64,000 nt of DNA, taken from the NCBI RefSeq assembly GCF_000143415.4, contig NW_003314276.1:171784-235783 (forward strand), given 5' to 3'. Positions 12,701-25,242 of the stretch are shown in pieces. This DNA comes from Selaginella moellendorffii. Lineage: Eukaryota; Plantae; Lycopodiophyta. Position 1 is the first letter of the stretch. Every line of letters starts with the position of its first letter. The notes beneath the pieces are model-generated. The model was given only the letters and a program-made list of their open reading frames with translations, was not told where the DNA came from and made no database searches. The position numbers and the translations under genes were made by a program.

Positions 12701-14530
12701 GATTCATACTGAGTCACCAACACCCTCAGCTTCCATCACTTGAACCCAAAAGGTCTGACATCCCCTCTTAGCTACTTTTTGAACGGCCCTCGCAGTCAGG
12801 AACTTTGCATCCCAATCTTTTGAGGAACGCTTTTGCAACTGAAAGGATACATCAGGATGTCCTTCTGACTTCAACGTGATACGACTTTGTCCAGCACCAT
12901 AAATCCCTTTTATATACTTGTTGAAGAAATCCATACCAAACACCATCTAAAAATCTGGTATCTTCAACACTACCAAGTCCACTCTTTCTTTCCACTTGGA
13001 TATCTTTATTGGAACATCACTCACAAACTTTCTGGCTACTTGCCCACCTTCCGCAAACCGGAAGTGCATAGGCGACATTTGCTCAGCATTCAATCCTAAC
13101 AACTTAACTAAGTCTTCGAATATCACGCTGTGTGTAGCTCCCGTGTCAATCATCACTCGGATTCGGTGTCCAAGGACAAAGCCTACCAGATACATTAACG
13201 GATCAGTGTTTGCATTGACTGCAAGAAAATCTTGAGGAAAGCAACGAAAGTTACTCACCTCTTCTTCCTCATAGTCTGCATTGACCAACTCGTCAACCCC
13301 TTCGGCTTCACCACCACCGTCTTCCCGCATGACATTAACCCGAGACCTTGTCTTATGCTTGTTGGGACATTCCGAGGACCTATGTCCTGACTCTCCACAA
13401 TAGAAGCAATGACCCACACTACCCGTTCCACTAGGAGCAGGTTTTGTAGGTTGCTGCTGCTTGTACCCACCAGGAGGAGGAACAGAGGGCCTAGGACCAG
13501 AAGAAGCTGCTGGTGGTCTCCAACCACCACCACCTTTATTCACCGTAGCTTGTGAGCCCCCAGGGCGGTACCTACTTTCCACCCTTTGTTTCCAATCACC
13601 TTGCTTATTCCCAGAATTTTTATTCTTGTCCGAGTTACCAGCATACGATTGCTGATATTGTTCTATGAGCGAGTGACTAAAGGCAACTTGCTGCGCTGCC
13701 TCTTTACACTCCAGGTACGTCTTCGGCTTAAACTTCAAAATCTCATTTCGAGAAAGTGAACTTAAACCCTCCAGGAAATAACTCCGAGCATCTTCGTCAC
13801 TCATATTTGCAATCATAATGCGCTTCTGAGCAAACGCATTAACGTAATGCATAAGGTCCCCTCGCTGCTTTAACCGCCGCAGCTCTGCGCGAAGTCTCAG
13901 ACCAAGATCATCCGGCAAGTATTCCTTACGGATACGAGACCGCATCTTGGTCCAACTTCTAGTCTGCCCTTTTTCAGCACACACCTGGCGCCACCAAGTT
14001 TTGGCATGATCGGTGAGAAAGGATTGCGCGCACGCAACTTTCGTACGATCATCTACGTCTGCCGCTATGAAGTAGTTCTCCATATCGTAGACCCAGTCTT
14101 CCAAAACCTGATAGTCCCGCATGCCTCTGAAATTGGGTGGTTTCGAAGGCTTGAACTTTGAAACTCGTGCAACCGGGGGCGGCTGCAGAACTTCATCGTC
14201 CTCAGAACTTGAAGAGGAGTCCGGTTGCTTAGGCTTAGCTGGTTTAGCTGCCTCAGCTTCTTTCTTCCTCTTCTTGTTCTCCTTCTTCAATTTGCGAATC
14301 TCCTTTCGCAAATTCTCGATCTCGACTTCATGAGCTGTGCGCTGCAATGCTGCAGCATTTGGCTCATCCTCTTCTGACTCGGCCTCAGCCTCTTCCGCAG
14401 CATCTCTAGCAGGAGTTTCCTCCTCTCGATTTGCCCGTCTAGAGGTTTCAGCATCATCAGCACGGTTCCTCTTCACCATCCTGCTAGCTGCATGCATGCC
14501 TCTATCAGTAATTGAACATGCATACAACAT
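9764..14530 (-). pseudogene. Single-frame gag-pol of family B with five nonsense codons and a C-terminal chromodomain
   Basis: ORFs 12947-14530, 12704-12946, 12218-12667, 11531-12193, 11174-11506 and 9764-11077 are all in one frame. Motifs CFYCGESGHRSSEC, IDTGAT, YIDDVL, CDASG, HPQTDGQTER and EYEVESIL...YLVKWKGY...TWEP. Confidence 0.93.
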
Positions 14531-14670
14531 TCTTACCGAATGGTGCTATCCAACTAATCCTACACAGGTCGCTTCGGATCTACTAGAAAAGTCTCTGCGT
14601 ATGCAACTTGAGTCAGAAAATCCGACAAAAGTTGGATAGGAATCGCTGAGACAATTTCTCTGATACCAAA

Positions 14671-15595
14671 TGTAGCGCACCTAAATTTGGAGCCGAACTC
14701 CAAGCCCGTTGCGCTACGAAACGAGGGTCCGGTACAATCCCATGAGCACCAGCTCCCCGTATCCAGCACCTGCATGCAAAATGTTGTTAGACGGAGTCTG
14801 GCACAATTTTGGCATACCGGTGGCCTAACGCGAGAAGGAGGGTACTCCACCGACTAGAGCAGCGTGGAGCTTGGGCTTAGACCCAAGCCGGACGCAGAAC
14901 AAGGAGCGACACAGCCCAGCGGAAGCCAAACTAATGTCTCAGGTGGTTGGACATGCATTCCAACCACTATCCCTACTATACATTTGGAACCCCCCACAGC
15001 CCCCCCCCCCCCCCCCCCTTGAGGGACACACGCTTTGGGCTTTCACCCCAAGCCTCCCTTAGTACTAGGAGTTAGTCTCTGGGACAAGTCCGAAACTTAC
15101 TAAATATGGAATGGCCTTAGATTGCGAATTTGGACACGGGACGAACACCATTGTGTTCAGGCCAATCTCTACATTCTGTAGATATGCCAAATGAGCGAAT
15201 CTAGACACTTCCCATAAATAGCATATGGGACCGAAATGAGACCAACACTAAGGGCATGATAGCGAGGGTGTTTGGCAGACACGGTAAGCTATCATCAATC
15301 GAATATTGAGGGACTAGTCTCAATATCACGGGGGTTCCCAACACTAGCAAGTGCAAGTCAGCGAATGAGTTTCTCTAACCAGGTCAAGTATGCTTGACAA
15401 ATAGCATGTAGGAATTCCGTTCTTATGCTCATCTGGTCAAGTGCACATGCGATGACCAGTTTCTCAACTAGCTTGAGTGGAGACTATAAAAGGGACCAGC
15501 AGTACCGACCTCCTGCCGTCGTGGCAGTAAGGAAAGAGTGCCCGTAAGGACTGGCCGACAAGTATCTTTCGATACCCGAAGTCACATTCGTGACA
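14671..15595 (-). repeat. 5' LTR of family B
   Basis: Direct repeat of 8233-9149, adjacent to the PBS. Confidence 0.93.
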
Positions 15596-16336
15596 AATAC
15601 ACATCTTACCTTTCCAGGCATTTGGAAGTTCCTAACATCTTTCCCATTCGCAATTGTCTTGTAGGAGCCCCATCTCTTGTGTGGTAGAATGATATGTGTC
15701 ATATTCAATATCATTTAACATTCTCAATCTCTAAAGCTTGTAGCACCTTTTTTGTAGACTAGAAGCATACGTAGGTAGAAACATTTGCAATCACATGATG
15801 ATATGGTGTACATTCTACTGAGAACCTTGAAAGCACATTGACGTGGTGTCCACATCCTATTTTTTGAGTTCCATATATATCATTCAAGAATCTTATGATA
15901 CAAGAGTGTCCTTGCAAATTCATCAGTATTTTTTAGCTTGAACCATTCTGTTAATATGGTTTTGTGGCCTCTCTACAATACAATCTCTTCCTCACCTTCA
16001 TTGAAATAAATCCTTTGGTGGTTTTCAAGGTGAATGTCCAATCTCTCAATAGAATGTGACCTGCTATATAAGTCATATCCATAGATCCTTCAGATCCCTT
16101 TTGATGTAGAGATGTAGCAGCAATTCCTAAATGCCTCTATTTCATCCCAGTCTAGTACTTGTTCAGGTAGTGAGCCTTCTTCCCTTCTTAGGCGTACCTC
16201 TGATACAATCGTGTCCCTTGTAAATGTATTTAAATATGTATTTGAAACTCTCTACTGTGGAGGAAATTTCTACATTTATGTATCCTACTTGACACCTTCT
16301 GTATTCTAGAAACTGGCCTCCAATATTCTGTGTCTC
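15596..16336 (-). pseudogene. Helitron Rep/helicase fragment (inverted)
   Basis: KYIFKYIYKGHDC motif. Diverged homolog of ~16445-17230 on the + strand. Confidence 0.8.
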
Positions 16337-18912
16337 CAAACTAGACCCAAAATTGTATGAATTGGTTAAAAAGCACATGATACACAGCCCTTGTGGGCCT
16401 GAATTTCCAAACAACCCATGCACAAAGGATGGTGAATGTAAGTCACAGAATGTTGGTAGTTAGTTTCCAAAGTATAGAGGTGCCAAGAAGGATATACCGT
16501 CCTAATAAAGAACAAATCCATCACCAATAGGTTTGTCGTGCCTCTTACGTAAATACAAAATACACATAAATGTTGAGGTGTGTTCCATTGTAAAAAGTGT
16601 CAAGTATATATTGATATACATATATATAGGACATGATTGTGCAGAGGTACGCTTTTGAAGTGATGAGAATGCAACTCCTGAACAAGTACTAGACTGGGAT
16701 GAAATAAAGTCTTTCAGAAACTGCTGCTATGTCTCCACATCAGAAGGAATATGAAGGATTTATGGATATGACTTGCATGGGAGATCACATTCTATCGGGA
16801 GACTGGATATCCATCTGGAAGAGATTGCATATCAATGAGGGTGAGGAAGAGATTGCATTACAAATTGGCTGTAAAACCAAACTGACGGAATGGTTTGAAC
16901 TAAACAAGACCAATGAATTTGCAAGGATACTCTTGTACCATGAGATTCCTGAGTGGTATACATGGAATTCAAGAAACAGAATGTGGACACCATGCCAACG
17001 TGCATTCAAGGTGGTCGATAGAATGTACTGTATCACCGTGTGACTTTGAATGTTTCACTCTTGCTCTACAAAAAAGGTGCTATGAATTTTAGAGATTTAA
17101 ATATTAAATGGTGTTGCATATGACACATACCGTTCTACCACACAAGAAATGGGACTTCTATAGGATGATTGTGAGTGGGAGAAATCCTTCAAAGAGTCAT
17201 TGACATTTAAGATGCCTGCAAAAGTAAGGTATTTATTCAGTGTCATTGTGTTTGTTTTGCGAGCTCATTGATCCTCAAAAACTATGGGATAAAATTCATG
17301 AAGACTTGGTATGAATTCACAACAACTATGAAGTAGCAGTGCAACATGGATTGCCTGAAATATCGATATTACTCCAGGAACATGGCCAGAAACTTTTTGA
17401 CTACGAGTTACCAGATCTAGATTTTATAGTAGATAACAAAACAACTGAAACAAGCTGTGTGCCATGCACGCCAAAACCAAACTGAACATGGAATAGCTTC
17501 ACATATTTAACATCTTGAACGCAATACAAAACAAAAAAGAAACAAACAGATTATTCTTTGTTGATGGTGTCAGAGGCACAAGGAAATGATACCTTTTTAA
17601 CATGCTGATAAAATATGCCACTTCTTATGACATGAAAGTCTTTTTAACATGCTGATAAAATATGCCACTTCTTATGACATGAAAGTCTTTTTAACATGCT
17701 GATAAAATATGCCACTTCTTATGACATGAAAGTCTTAGTGGTCACTTGGACAGGAATAGCAAGGGCTCTTCTTATAGCAGGCCAAATGGCTCATTCAACA
17801 TTTAAGCTACCAGTACCTATCACAGAAACATGCACCTCGGACCTGCAAGAGAAGCCAAGATCATAAGGAGAGATGAACTGCTTATATGGGATGAGATAAG
17901 AATGGTACCCATTCATGCTTTTAAAGCTGTCAAGAGGGTCTTGCATGACATAAAAAACTGTGATACAGATTTTGGTGGCATCACATTAATAATAGGAGGA
18001 GATTTCAGATTGACATTACCTGTTCTAAAAAGAGCCTGTTGCACACAAATTGTCCAAACCAGCATGAAATCCTCACCAATATGGTGGAAACTTGTAAAGT
18101 TCTCATTACACACAAACATGAGGGTGAACTCTAAAGAAACAGAATGGTCCAGATGGCTTGTGAGTAACCTACCTAGTCTCCAAGGATTCAACAAGGAAGT
18201 TATAAAATTACCTCTAACATTCACCACCAGAAAACAAATGATAGATAATATGTTTGTAAAGCACATACAAACAAATGACCCAAAGCTATTGCAAAAAGTT
18301 ATTCTCAAGACTTTAAATGATCTCTCTCTACAAGTGAATGACCAAGTCCTTTCAAGAATGACTGGCAGAACAATAACATACAAAAGCATTGACATTATAG
18401 AAATAGATTTGGACAAAGAGGTGTTGGACCATCCTGTAGAATTCTTAAACTCAATAACACCATCTAGAATGCCTCTGCACAAGCTACACATAAAAATTGG
18501 ATGCATTGTAATGTTATGCAACATTGACACTAAAAAAGGCCTCTATAATAGCACTAAACTAGGCACTACTAAATGTTATAGAAGCTGAAATTCTACATAA
18601 TGGTATGCAAGGAAAAAACACGTCCTTCTACCAAGAATCTCTTTAAAATTGACTGATGGAGACATGCCATTTACCCTCAAATGATGACAATTCCCAATAA
18701 GGCTTATGTTCATAACAATTTGCAAATCTCAAGAACAAACATTACAAAATGTGGGTATCTACTTGCCAAGACCAGTTTTTGGCCACGGTCAACTTTATGT
18801 TGTGTTTTCAAGAGGAATATCAAAGAAACAATTTACAATGTCCATTGAACAATGCGAGGGATAAGGTGTGCTCCAGAACCATAATGTCTATGTGTACAAA
18901 GAAATTCTCTAG
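16337..18912 (+). pseudogene. Decayed Helitron Rep/PIF1 helicase
   Basis: LVKKHMIHSPCG..NPC (Rep region), LLIWDE..M, FGG..LIIGGDFR..LPV, PLHKLHIKIG, and QFP...KSQ..TL..VGIYL..PVF.HGQLYV..SR remnants. Many stops and frameshifts. Confidence 0.88.
17593..17736 (+). repeat. Perfect tandem triplication of a 47-bp unit within the Helitron helicase
   Basis: CTTTTTAACATGCTGATAAAATATGCCACTTCTTATGACATGAAAGT x3, starting at 17593, 17640 and 17687. Confidence 0.92.
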
Positions 18913-20281
18913 GATTCATGTCACCAATATAACAAATTTCCTATCTATTTCAGTGGAGCTGGATTCCTTGCTAGTGAAGTTATGAAATAAGTCTTATACA
19001 AACATGTGCCACCTATGCCACCTAGCAAATTCTAAATTTAAAAGCATGGAAAGAAGAGCAGTGAAGCTCATATGTACAACCTTGTTTCTGGAAGTGTTCT
19101 GGAAAAGTGCTTTCTTAAAAAAAAACACTTTCAACTTCAACACAGTCACTAGCTCTGGTCCAAATGCTGCTGCAAAACTAAAGCTTTTAATGAAAGAAAA
19201 CGTCTCCTTTGCTGAAACATAAATGTATTCCCCATGTCCACAAAGGGACTCAAAGACTACAAAGCGAGACTCAAGGGAAACTCTCTCAAGCACAGAAGGC
19301 CTGGCACTACTCACGATCCCTCTGCCTCCCAACTGACTCCTTTGAGCTCCTTTGCTTTGGTCATCTGTACAAGCCTAGGAGAAATTTACAAATAACCTTC
19401 TTGGCCAGATATTAAATTGTTTAGAAAGACTAGTTAAAGCTAGCAAGCTCGCAAAAAAAAAAAAAATGCTCCTCCCAAAGAAATTAAGCTGCAATTCTAA
19501 AACCACATGAATTCTGGTCACGTTTCCCTACAAGTGCTTGGCAGATTTATGCTCTTGGTGCCATGGGAATCTTGACGAGATCAGAAAGATTGTGCTAAAA
19601 ATTTGTGAATCTTGGACATAAAGTGACGGTAGCCTACAGACCTACATTGCTTAATCTGGACCGCCTCCTTTCTTTGTTTGCAGCTTAAGAAACATGATCT
19701 TAGTTGCATAAAGCTCGTGGATCAAACTGGAAGTATATATTCGATTTCAAAAAGAATTCACCCGTAAGGTTTCCATCGCAAGCATCAGCACAGCAAGCAA
19801 AAGGGATTTTTGTTTTCTTCCTCCTCCATGGATAAGTTAGGTGCTGTTCGGAAAAGTGTAGAACAGGGACATATAGAAGTTTAGCAATTGGCAAGCCAAA
19901 GTACATGAAAAGAAAAACAGGCAGCTAGTCTCTTCTTCCCACACTCTTTTCAAAAGATTTTGGCTGCAAATTGTCAACGTATCGTGCCACGTCAGTGGAG
20001 GGGCCGGTTTTGTAGGAGGTATACCCAGTGGGCGAAGCGCTCTGTCCAGGATTTTCTTCCTTCGTTCCTTCGATCGAGGGTTTAACACGAGGGATGATCC
20101 TCGCATGCGCTCATCATAAATGCAGCGGAGTCACAATCTCCAGCCGCCATCACAGAAATATGATCTTTTGCTGTAGGTCTCCCGGATCTGGACGAAGATG
20201 AGCTCGAGCTCAATTCGTCCTGCGGGCACAGCTTCTTCCAGCTGGAATTCTCACAGGAAGATTTGGCGTTGAGTGGGCCAG

Positions 20282-23200
20282 ATGGCGGATTTTCCAAGGC
20301 TCGCAGAGTTTCCAGCCATCGGGGACATGGTTGGCCATACGAGGGATATGCTCTCGATCGAGCATGTCACCGTGGTCGGGAACTTGCACTGGGAGAAGAT
20401 GCAATCGCTTCTACAGGTCCTCTGCACTCAAATACAAGCTCAAACACAGGAGCTTAACAAACAGGTACTTTCTCTCCTTTTCCTCGTGCTCGCAAATAAC
20501 TTTTTGGAAAGAAGTTTTATGTATGCTACAGGCACTGCAATTGAGTAAAGTTGAGCATCACGAAAAACATCTAGCTGATCTCCAGGCTGAGCTTGATGAC
20601 TGGTAGTTCATTTTGTTATTTTATCGCTGGTTGTTTACCTTATTTCTTTCTTTCACAGCAAAAGGGTCATGAAAGGCTATGAGGAAGACAGAGCGAATGA
20701 TGCGGAGAAGCAAAATTTTATGATGGATGCGTTGAAGCTTTTTGACGACCAAGAAAACCGGACGAAAAATCTCGAAACTCAGTTAGCGACTTTACAAGAC
20801 GAGTAAAAGTTTTGTGTTTATCGTTTTGATCTTTCAACTTTGAATGTAGGCTGGCTGCCAGCATTCTTGCTATGAGAGACTTGACTACACGGGTCTCACT
20901 GATTGAGCAGGAGCTGGCACCGCTGAAGCCGCTACCACAACGGATGGATGCTTTGGAAGGAAACATGAAAAAGCTGAATGCGGCAACAGCCAATTTACAA
21001 CAGTCCTTTCGTGCAGTGGATTTTGGTCGGATTGCAAAGCTCTCTTCCATGATGGGTAAGCAAGGATCTCCTGTGCAAGATGTCTCACCAGAACCAAAAG
21101 TCGAACTTATTCAACCTGACTTTGAGAGTGCACAACTGGATGAACTGGGAAACGATCTCGATTCCCTAAATTCCATGTTTTCGAAGCAGAACAAGCACCT
21201 CAATAATCTCGAAACACAAGTACTTCGATCTACCTAGACGAAATTCCGTACTTAATCTCGTCATGTTTTTCCAGATTGAGCAACTGATGCTTTTGATTCA
21301 GCAACTAACCAAGGTGCATACTGCGGATTTTGAGACCCTTCGGAAGTCATACGCGGTAAATACATCTGGAATGTATATTACTATAAGCTGAATGTTGTGT
21401 TTCAGGGTTTGCGTCAAGAGATAGACTCAAAGCCCTTGCTGGCTCCTCATGTTCCAGTGGTTGCACCTGCTGACATTGATGCTTGTTCGAGGCTAGAAGC
21501 CATTTTGGCAGAGTTCCAAAACCGTTTGTCTCGAAAAGCTGAGGAGGACGCTGTCAGTCATGTTGCAAACGACGTGCAACGGATGAAAGACGTGAGTATT
21601 TTGTCATCTGGTTCAAGGTGTTGACCTTGTGTAGCCTTTCAGTTACTGGAACAAATGGGAATCACTATGAATGCTTTCAGAAGGAGAGCCTCGTCGCTGG
21701 CAATTGGAGTATGTACATCAGAAAAATGAGCTCGGTCTTTTATGATTGAATATATGCAGGGTCCAATGCTGGACAGCATGGAAATTCGGTTAAAAAAGGC
21801 AGAGGAAAACTTGGTGACAATGGTATGGCGCTTTTGGAAGCTTTTTATCTACCCCTTTTTCTTGTTTTCCAGGATAGTAACAAAGCTGATCGTTCACGGT
21901 TGGACGCAATTGAGCTAAAGTTTAGCCTGTTAGGCCCTGGAGATCCAAAGGCAGTAACTAATGCTGCTGGCATACAGAGTCTTACGGTAATGAGTTTCGT
22001 GTATCAATCCACTCAAACGTTGCTACAATCAGGACATACTGATGAAAAAGGCCGACCGAAGTGACCTAGTTGATGTGCGGAAGATGCTCCAAGCTCAGGT
22101 ACTCCTTATGCGTTCACCGCTTATGAAACTCTAATGCATTTCGACTCCAGGCTTCTCGGACTCCAGACGATGACATCAGACGATTATTTGAAGCTATTGA
22201 CGAGATCAAGGGTCTAATGGTAATCCTTGCAGCGCTTTGATTGTTCTAACTGTTGTGGTTAACAGGTGGATCGTACGGCATTGTTATTGCCAAGTACACC
22301 CTTTGTGCCCGACACGAGCAGTGTACTCAATGATCATGCAGCGATGCTTTCAAAGCATAATGATCTACTTTCACATTTTGAGGTGAAAATCTAGTAGTGC
22401 TATGAAATAGGACCAACATTGAGTGCTTTTACAGGAACGACTAGAAAAGAAAGCTGACCAAGCTTCTTTCTTGTTTCTAAAAGACTTAATGGACAGTTTG
22501 AAGCAACATAGGAAGACTAGAGCGGCCTCTTTTTCTTCCAATCAGTCTCTTAAACAGGTTTGTGAGCTCCATTTTGTTTTGATGCACTTCATCTTGTTAG
22601 TTTCAGTTTGCTGATGAAACGTCAATACTTCATCAAATGCTTACTGAAGTTACTACCACGTTGAACGATCACGAGCGAGTTTTGCAACAGGTACTATATT
22701 TCTCATGTATATGTTGTTGGCATATTTTTATACAGCTTACGCAAGGAGTGCTCATCATGTCTGGGCATGATGACGATGAAGAAATTCACATGGGGATAGT
22801 GAGTACTTTCCAGCCTCAACTAGAAGAGGATGAGGCATCAGAATTAAGTAGGCCTTCGACAAGGTCTGAATCAGCTGTGACCAGAGTTGAGCCCGTACAT
22901 GACCCTACCGCAACCAGTACCTTTAATCACGAGCCACAGCAGACTATGGCTACGAACTTGGCTGTTCAGTCCGCAATGCAGGTTGCTGAAATGCGATATA
23001 GAGTTCCAGTAGAGATTGTGGAAACAAGACCTGCTAGGGCACCAGACCGAAGAGATTTGCAACGTGAAAAAAGTCCGAGACCAGCAGTAAACCATGCACC
23101 GACAGCTCGAGGCTTTAGCCAGCCACAAGCTCTGGAATCTGTTAGCAGTGAGCCTGAGCCAGGAGCAACAGGATCACGAGTTTTAGAGAGCAGGGAAAAT

Positions 23201-24887
23201 CATCCGGTTTCACGAGGAGAAAACCTTGAAAACCACCAGCGTATTCAAGGGACGGCTGAAGTTGCTCTGCAGCCTACACAAGCAATGTGGACAGAACTGA
23301 TCATTGTCCAGCGGAGCGAACCAACAGAAGAAACTGAAGAAACTGTCAATCAATCTCTTCAGACTCATACAAGAGAAGTTGCTGGAGTATTAGAGGGTGG
23401 ACCTACGGTGGAAAGCAGGCAAGACGTTTCTTCCAGTCGGGTTGCAGAAAACAGAGTAGCAAAAGAAAGTAGGTCGGATGGCATTTATGCTCGAGTTGCA
23501 GAGAGCAAAGCAGCAGTTCATCATGCCACATCAGTCAGAGATGCCGTAGAAAGCGGTTCCGCTGCAGTGGTAGAAAGCAGGTTGGATCCTCCATCAGTTC
23601 CAGCACCAAACACCCCTGTGACTAGTTCACCATTGAGAGCTACACCAGACGTCCTCCTTCAGTCCCAAGAGCCGGATGTAGCTACATCTGGCCGGGCTCA
23701 GGAATTTGCTAACAGCAGAGCTCGAGATGTTGCTCCTGTTTATGCTACAAGTCCCGACGCCCCGCATCATAGAGCTCAACATATCATGCAATATAGCGCT
23801 CCAGATATCTTGCAGATTGTCTATCCTGCACGGGCTCCAGACATCTCTCAAACTCGTGGTCAAGCTCCGGATATCGTGCAAATCGTCTCAGCTCCTGTTC
23901 AAGTAGCATGTCATTTGGATGAAAGAGAGGATACCCAAAGCCGTGACAACTTTGTTCGGAACGTAAATCCACCTGCTAGTGGGGAAATCAGCACGGGTGC
24001 TCCATGGCAAAGCAGTATGAAGAGTCCAACCGAAATGACCAGCACTTCCTCAGAACTTTGTCGTTCGCTTACTCCACTGGAAAACCAATTCGCCGCTCTT
24101 GAGGCAAGTTACAGATTTTACCATTCTGTTTATGGCTTTCTAGCTGAGATGTCTATTGTTCAGGCCGCTCTGAAGGAAAAGAAAATTCGAGCGAAGGAAA
24201 ACGTAAGAACAAAAGACCTGGATGTTTTGCGTACGGGATTAGAGGAGCTCAGGAATTTGCTATCGTCCATGGAGTTATTAAAAGCTGACAAGCAAGCTAT
24301 GGAGGTATTTTCCGTTTCGTGTGGTTATATGTAGTATTGCTTCTTTTGAGCATGCAGGAGCTTTGGCAATTCGTGAGAGCAAACCTGACAGAGAATGCTA
24401 TGTTCACTGGCAAACCATTGATTGGTTTCAAGTGCATGTAAGTGGAAAAACTTTGCATTTATTCGTTCCGTTTTGATAACAAACTCACTAGGAATTTTTT
24501 CAGGTCTTGCGAGCATTCAATTGAGAAGCTGCACCCCTTCCGGTCTGACTACCTGCCTACAAACATGATGCCAAAGCAATGGCTTTCAATGTTCACGGCC
24601 GACCGTCTGTTCAACAATGTGAGGAATACGATTATCTTTAGTTAGCATAACGAATTTTTCTACAGGAGAAACGAGATGAGAAGCTTGCTTTATACCCCAA
24701 TCGGTCACCAAGTCCCCCGAGAACAAACGCTTCCTCTCCATTTCCAAAGGCCAACACTCCAGAGCAGCCAGCGGGTGGAACTACACCACCTGGAAACCGT
24801 GCAGAAGCACCGACAAATCAAACCCTGAAAGCGGCCACCAGCGTCCACCTGGGGCCCAAAGTTGCAAGCATTGCCATTAGGAAATAG
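20282..24887 (+). CDS. Multi-exon host gene: long coiled-coil protein with C-terminal CxxC motif (DUF4795/QRICH2/C16orf96-like, probably cilium-associated)
   Basis: Chain of ~50-nt GT-AG introns, heptad-rich exons with repeated KAD/KAE, and a low-complexity central exon. Spliced C-terminus reads NAMFTGKPLIGFKCMSCEHSIEKL. Stop TAG at 24885-24887. The family name is from memory of the motif. Confidence 0.72.
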
Positions 24888-25242
24888 ACTAACAAAAGGA
24901 AAAGTCTTAATCGTTTTTTTACTTTTTATAATTTTTATAGAAGTGCTCCCACCTGTAAATGTATGTATATATAAACTGCCTTAAGTGAACTTTCTGTGTA
25001 TTTTCACAGCTGCAGTCCCTTTGGATTGATGGACAGAGAAAAATTTATCATAGAATGATTCCATTTTGCATGCATGGAGCTTTGGGTCATTCATCAAACG
25101 ATTTTTTTCTACTACAGTGGAGCTGGGATCCTGGAGTCCTACTCAAGTGTAAACTATAAAAGGCTGGACAAGTGCATAGGATTTATCACCCAAATTAAAA
25201 TTCTTTCAAAACATGCAAGTGTAACAGATTATTAAAAACTCG

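Larger units (their letters stand above)
8233..15595 (-). mobile_element. Full-length Ty3/gypsy chromovirus family B (Galadriel-like: Met PBS, group I chromodomain)
   Basis: Near-identical TG...CA LTRs at 8233-9149 and 14671-15595. PBS complement CTCTGATACCA at 14658-14668, PPT complement CTCTCCCCCCC at 9150. The flanks (AACCA / AATAC) do not form a TSD. Clade call is inference. Confidence 0.93.

Noticed and set aside
12944-12949. Programmed stop-codon readthrough between gag and pol of family B
   Set aside because: The TAG lies inside the protease domain and the relic copy has a sense codon there, so it is a mutation.
18912-19030. Helitron 3' terminus (hairpin + CTRR)
   Set aside because: CTAG sites are present, but I could not identify a convincing preceding hairpin.
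18994-20150. Possible small minus-strand gene (ORFs 18994-19332, 19700-19906, 19837-20106)
   Set aside because: I could not build a consistent exon chain or recognise a domain. It cannot be excluded.
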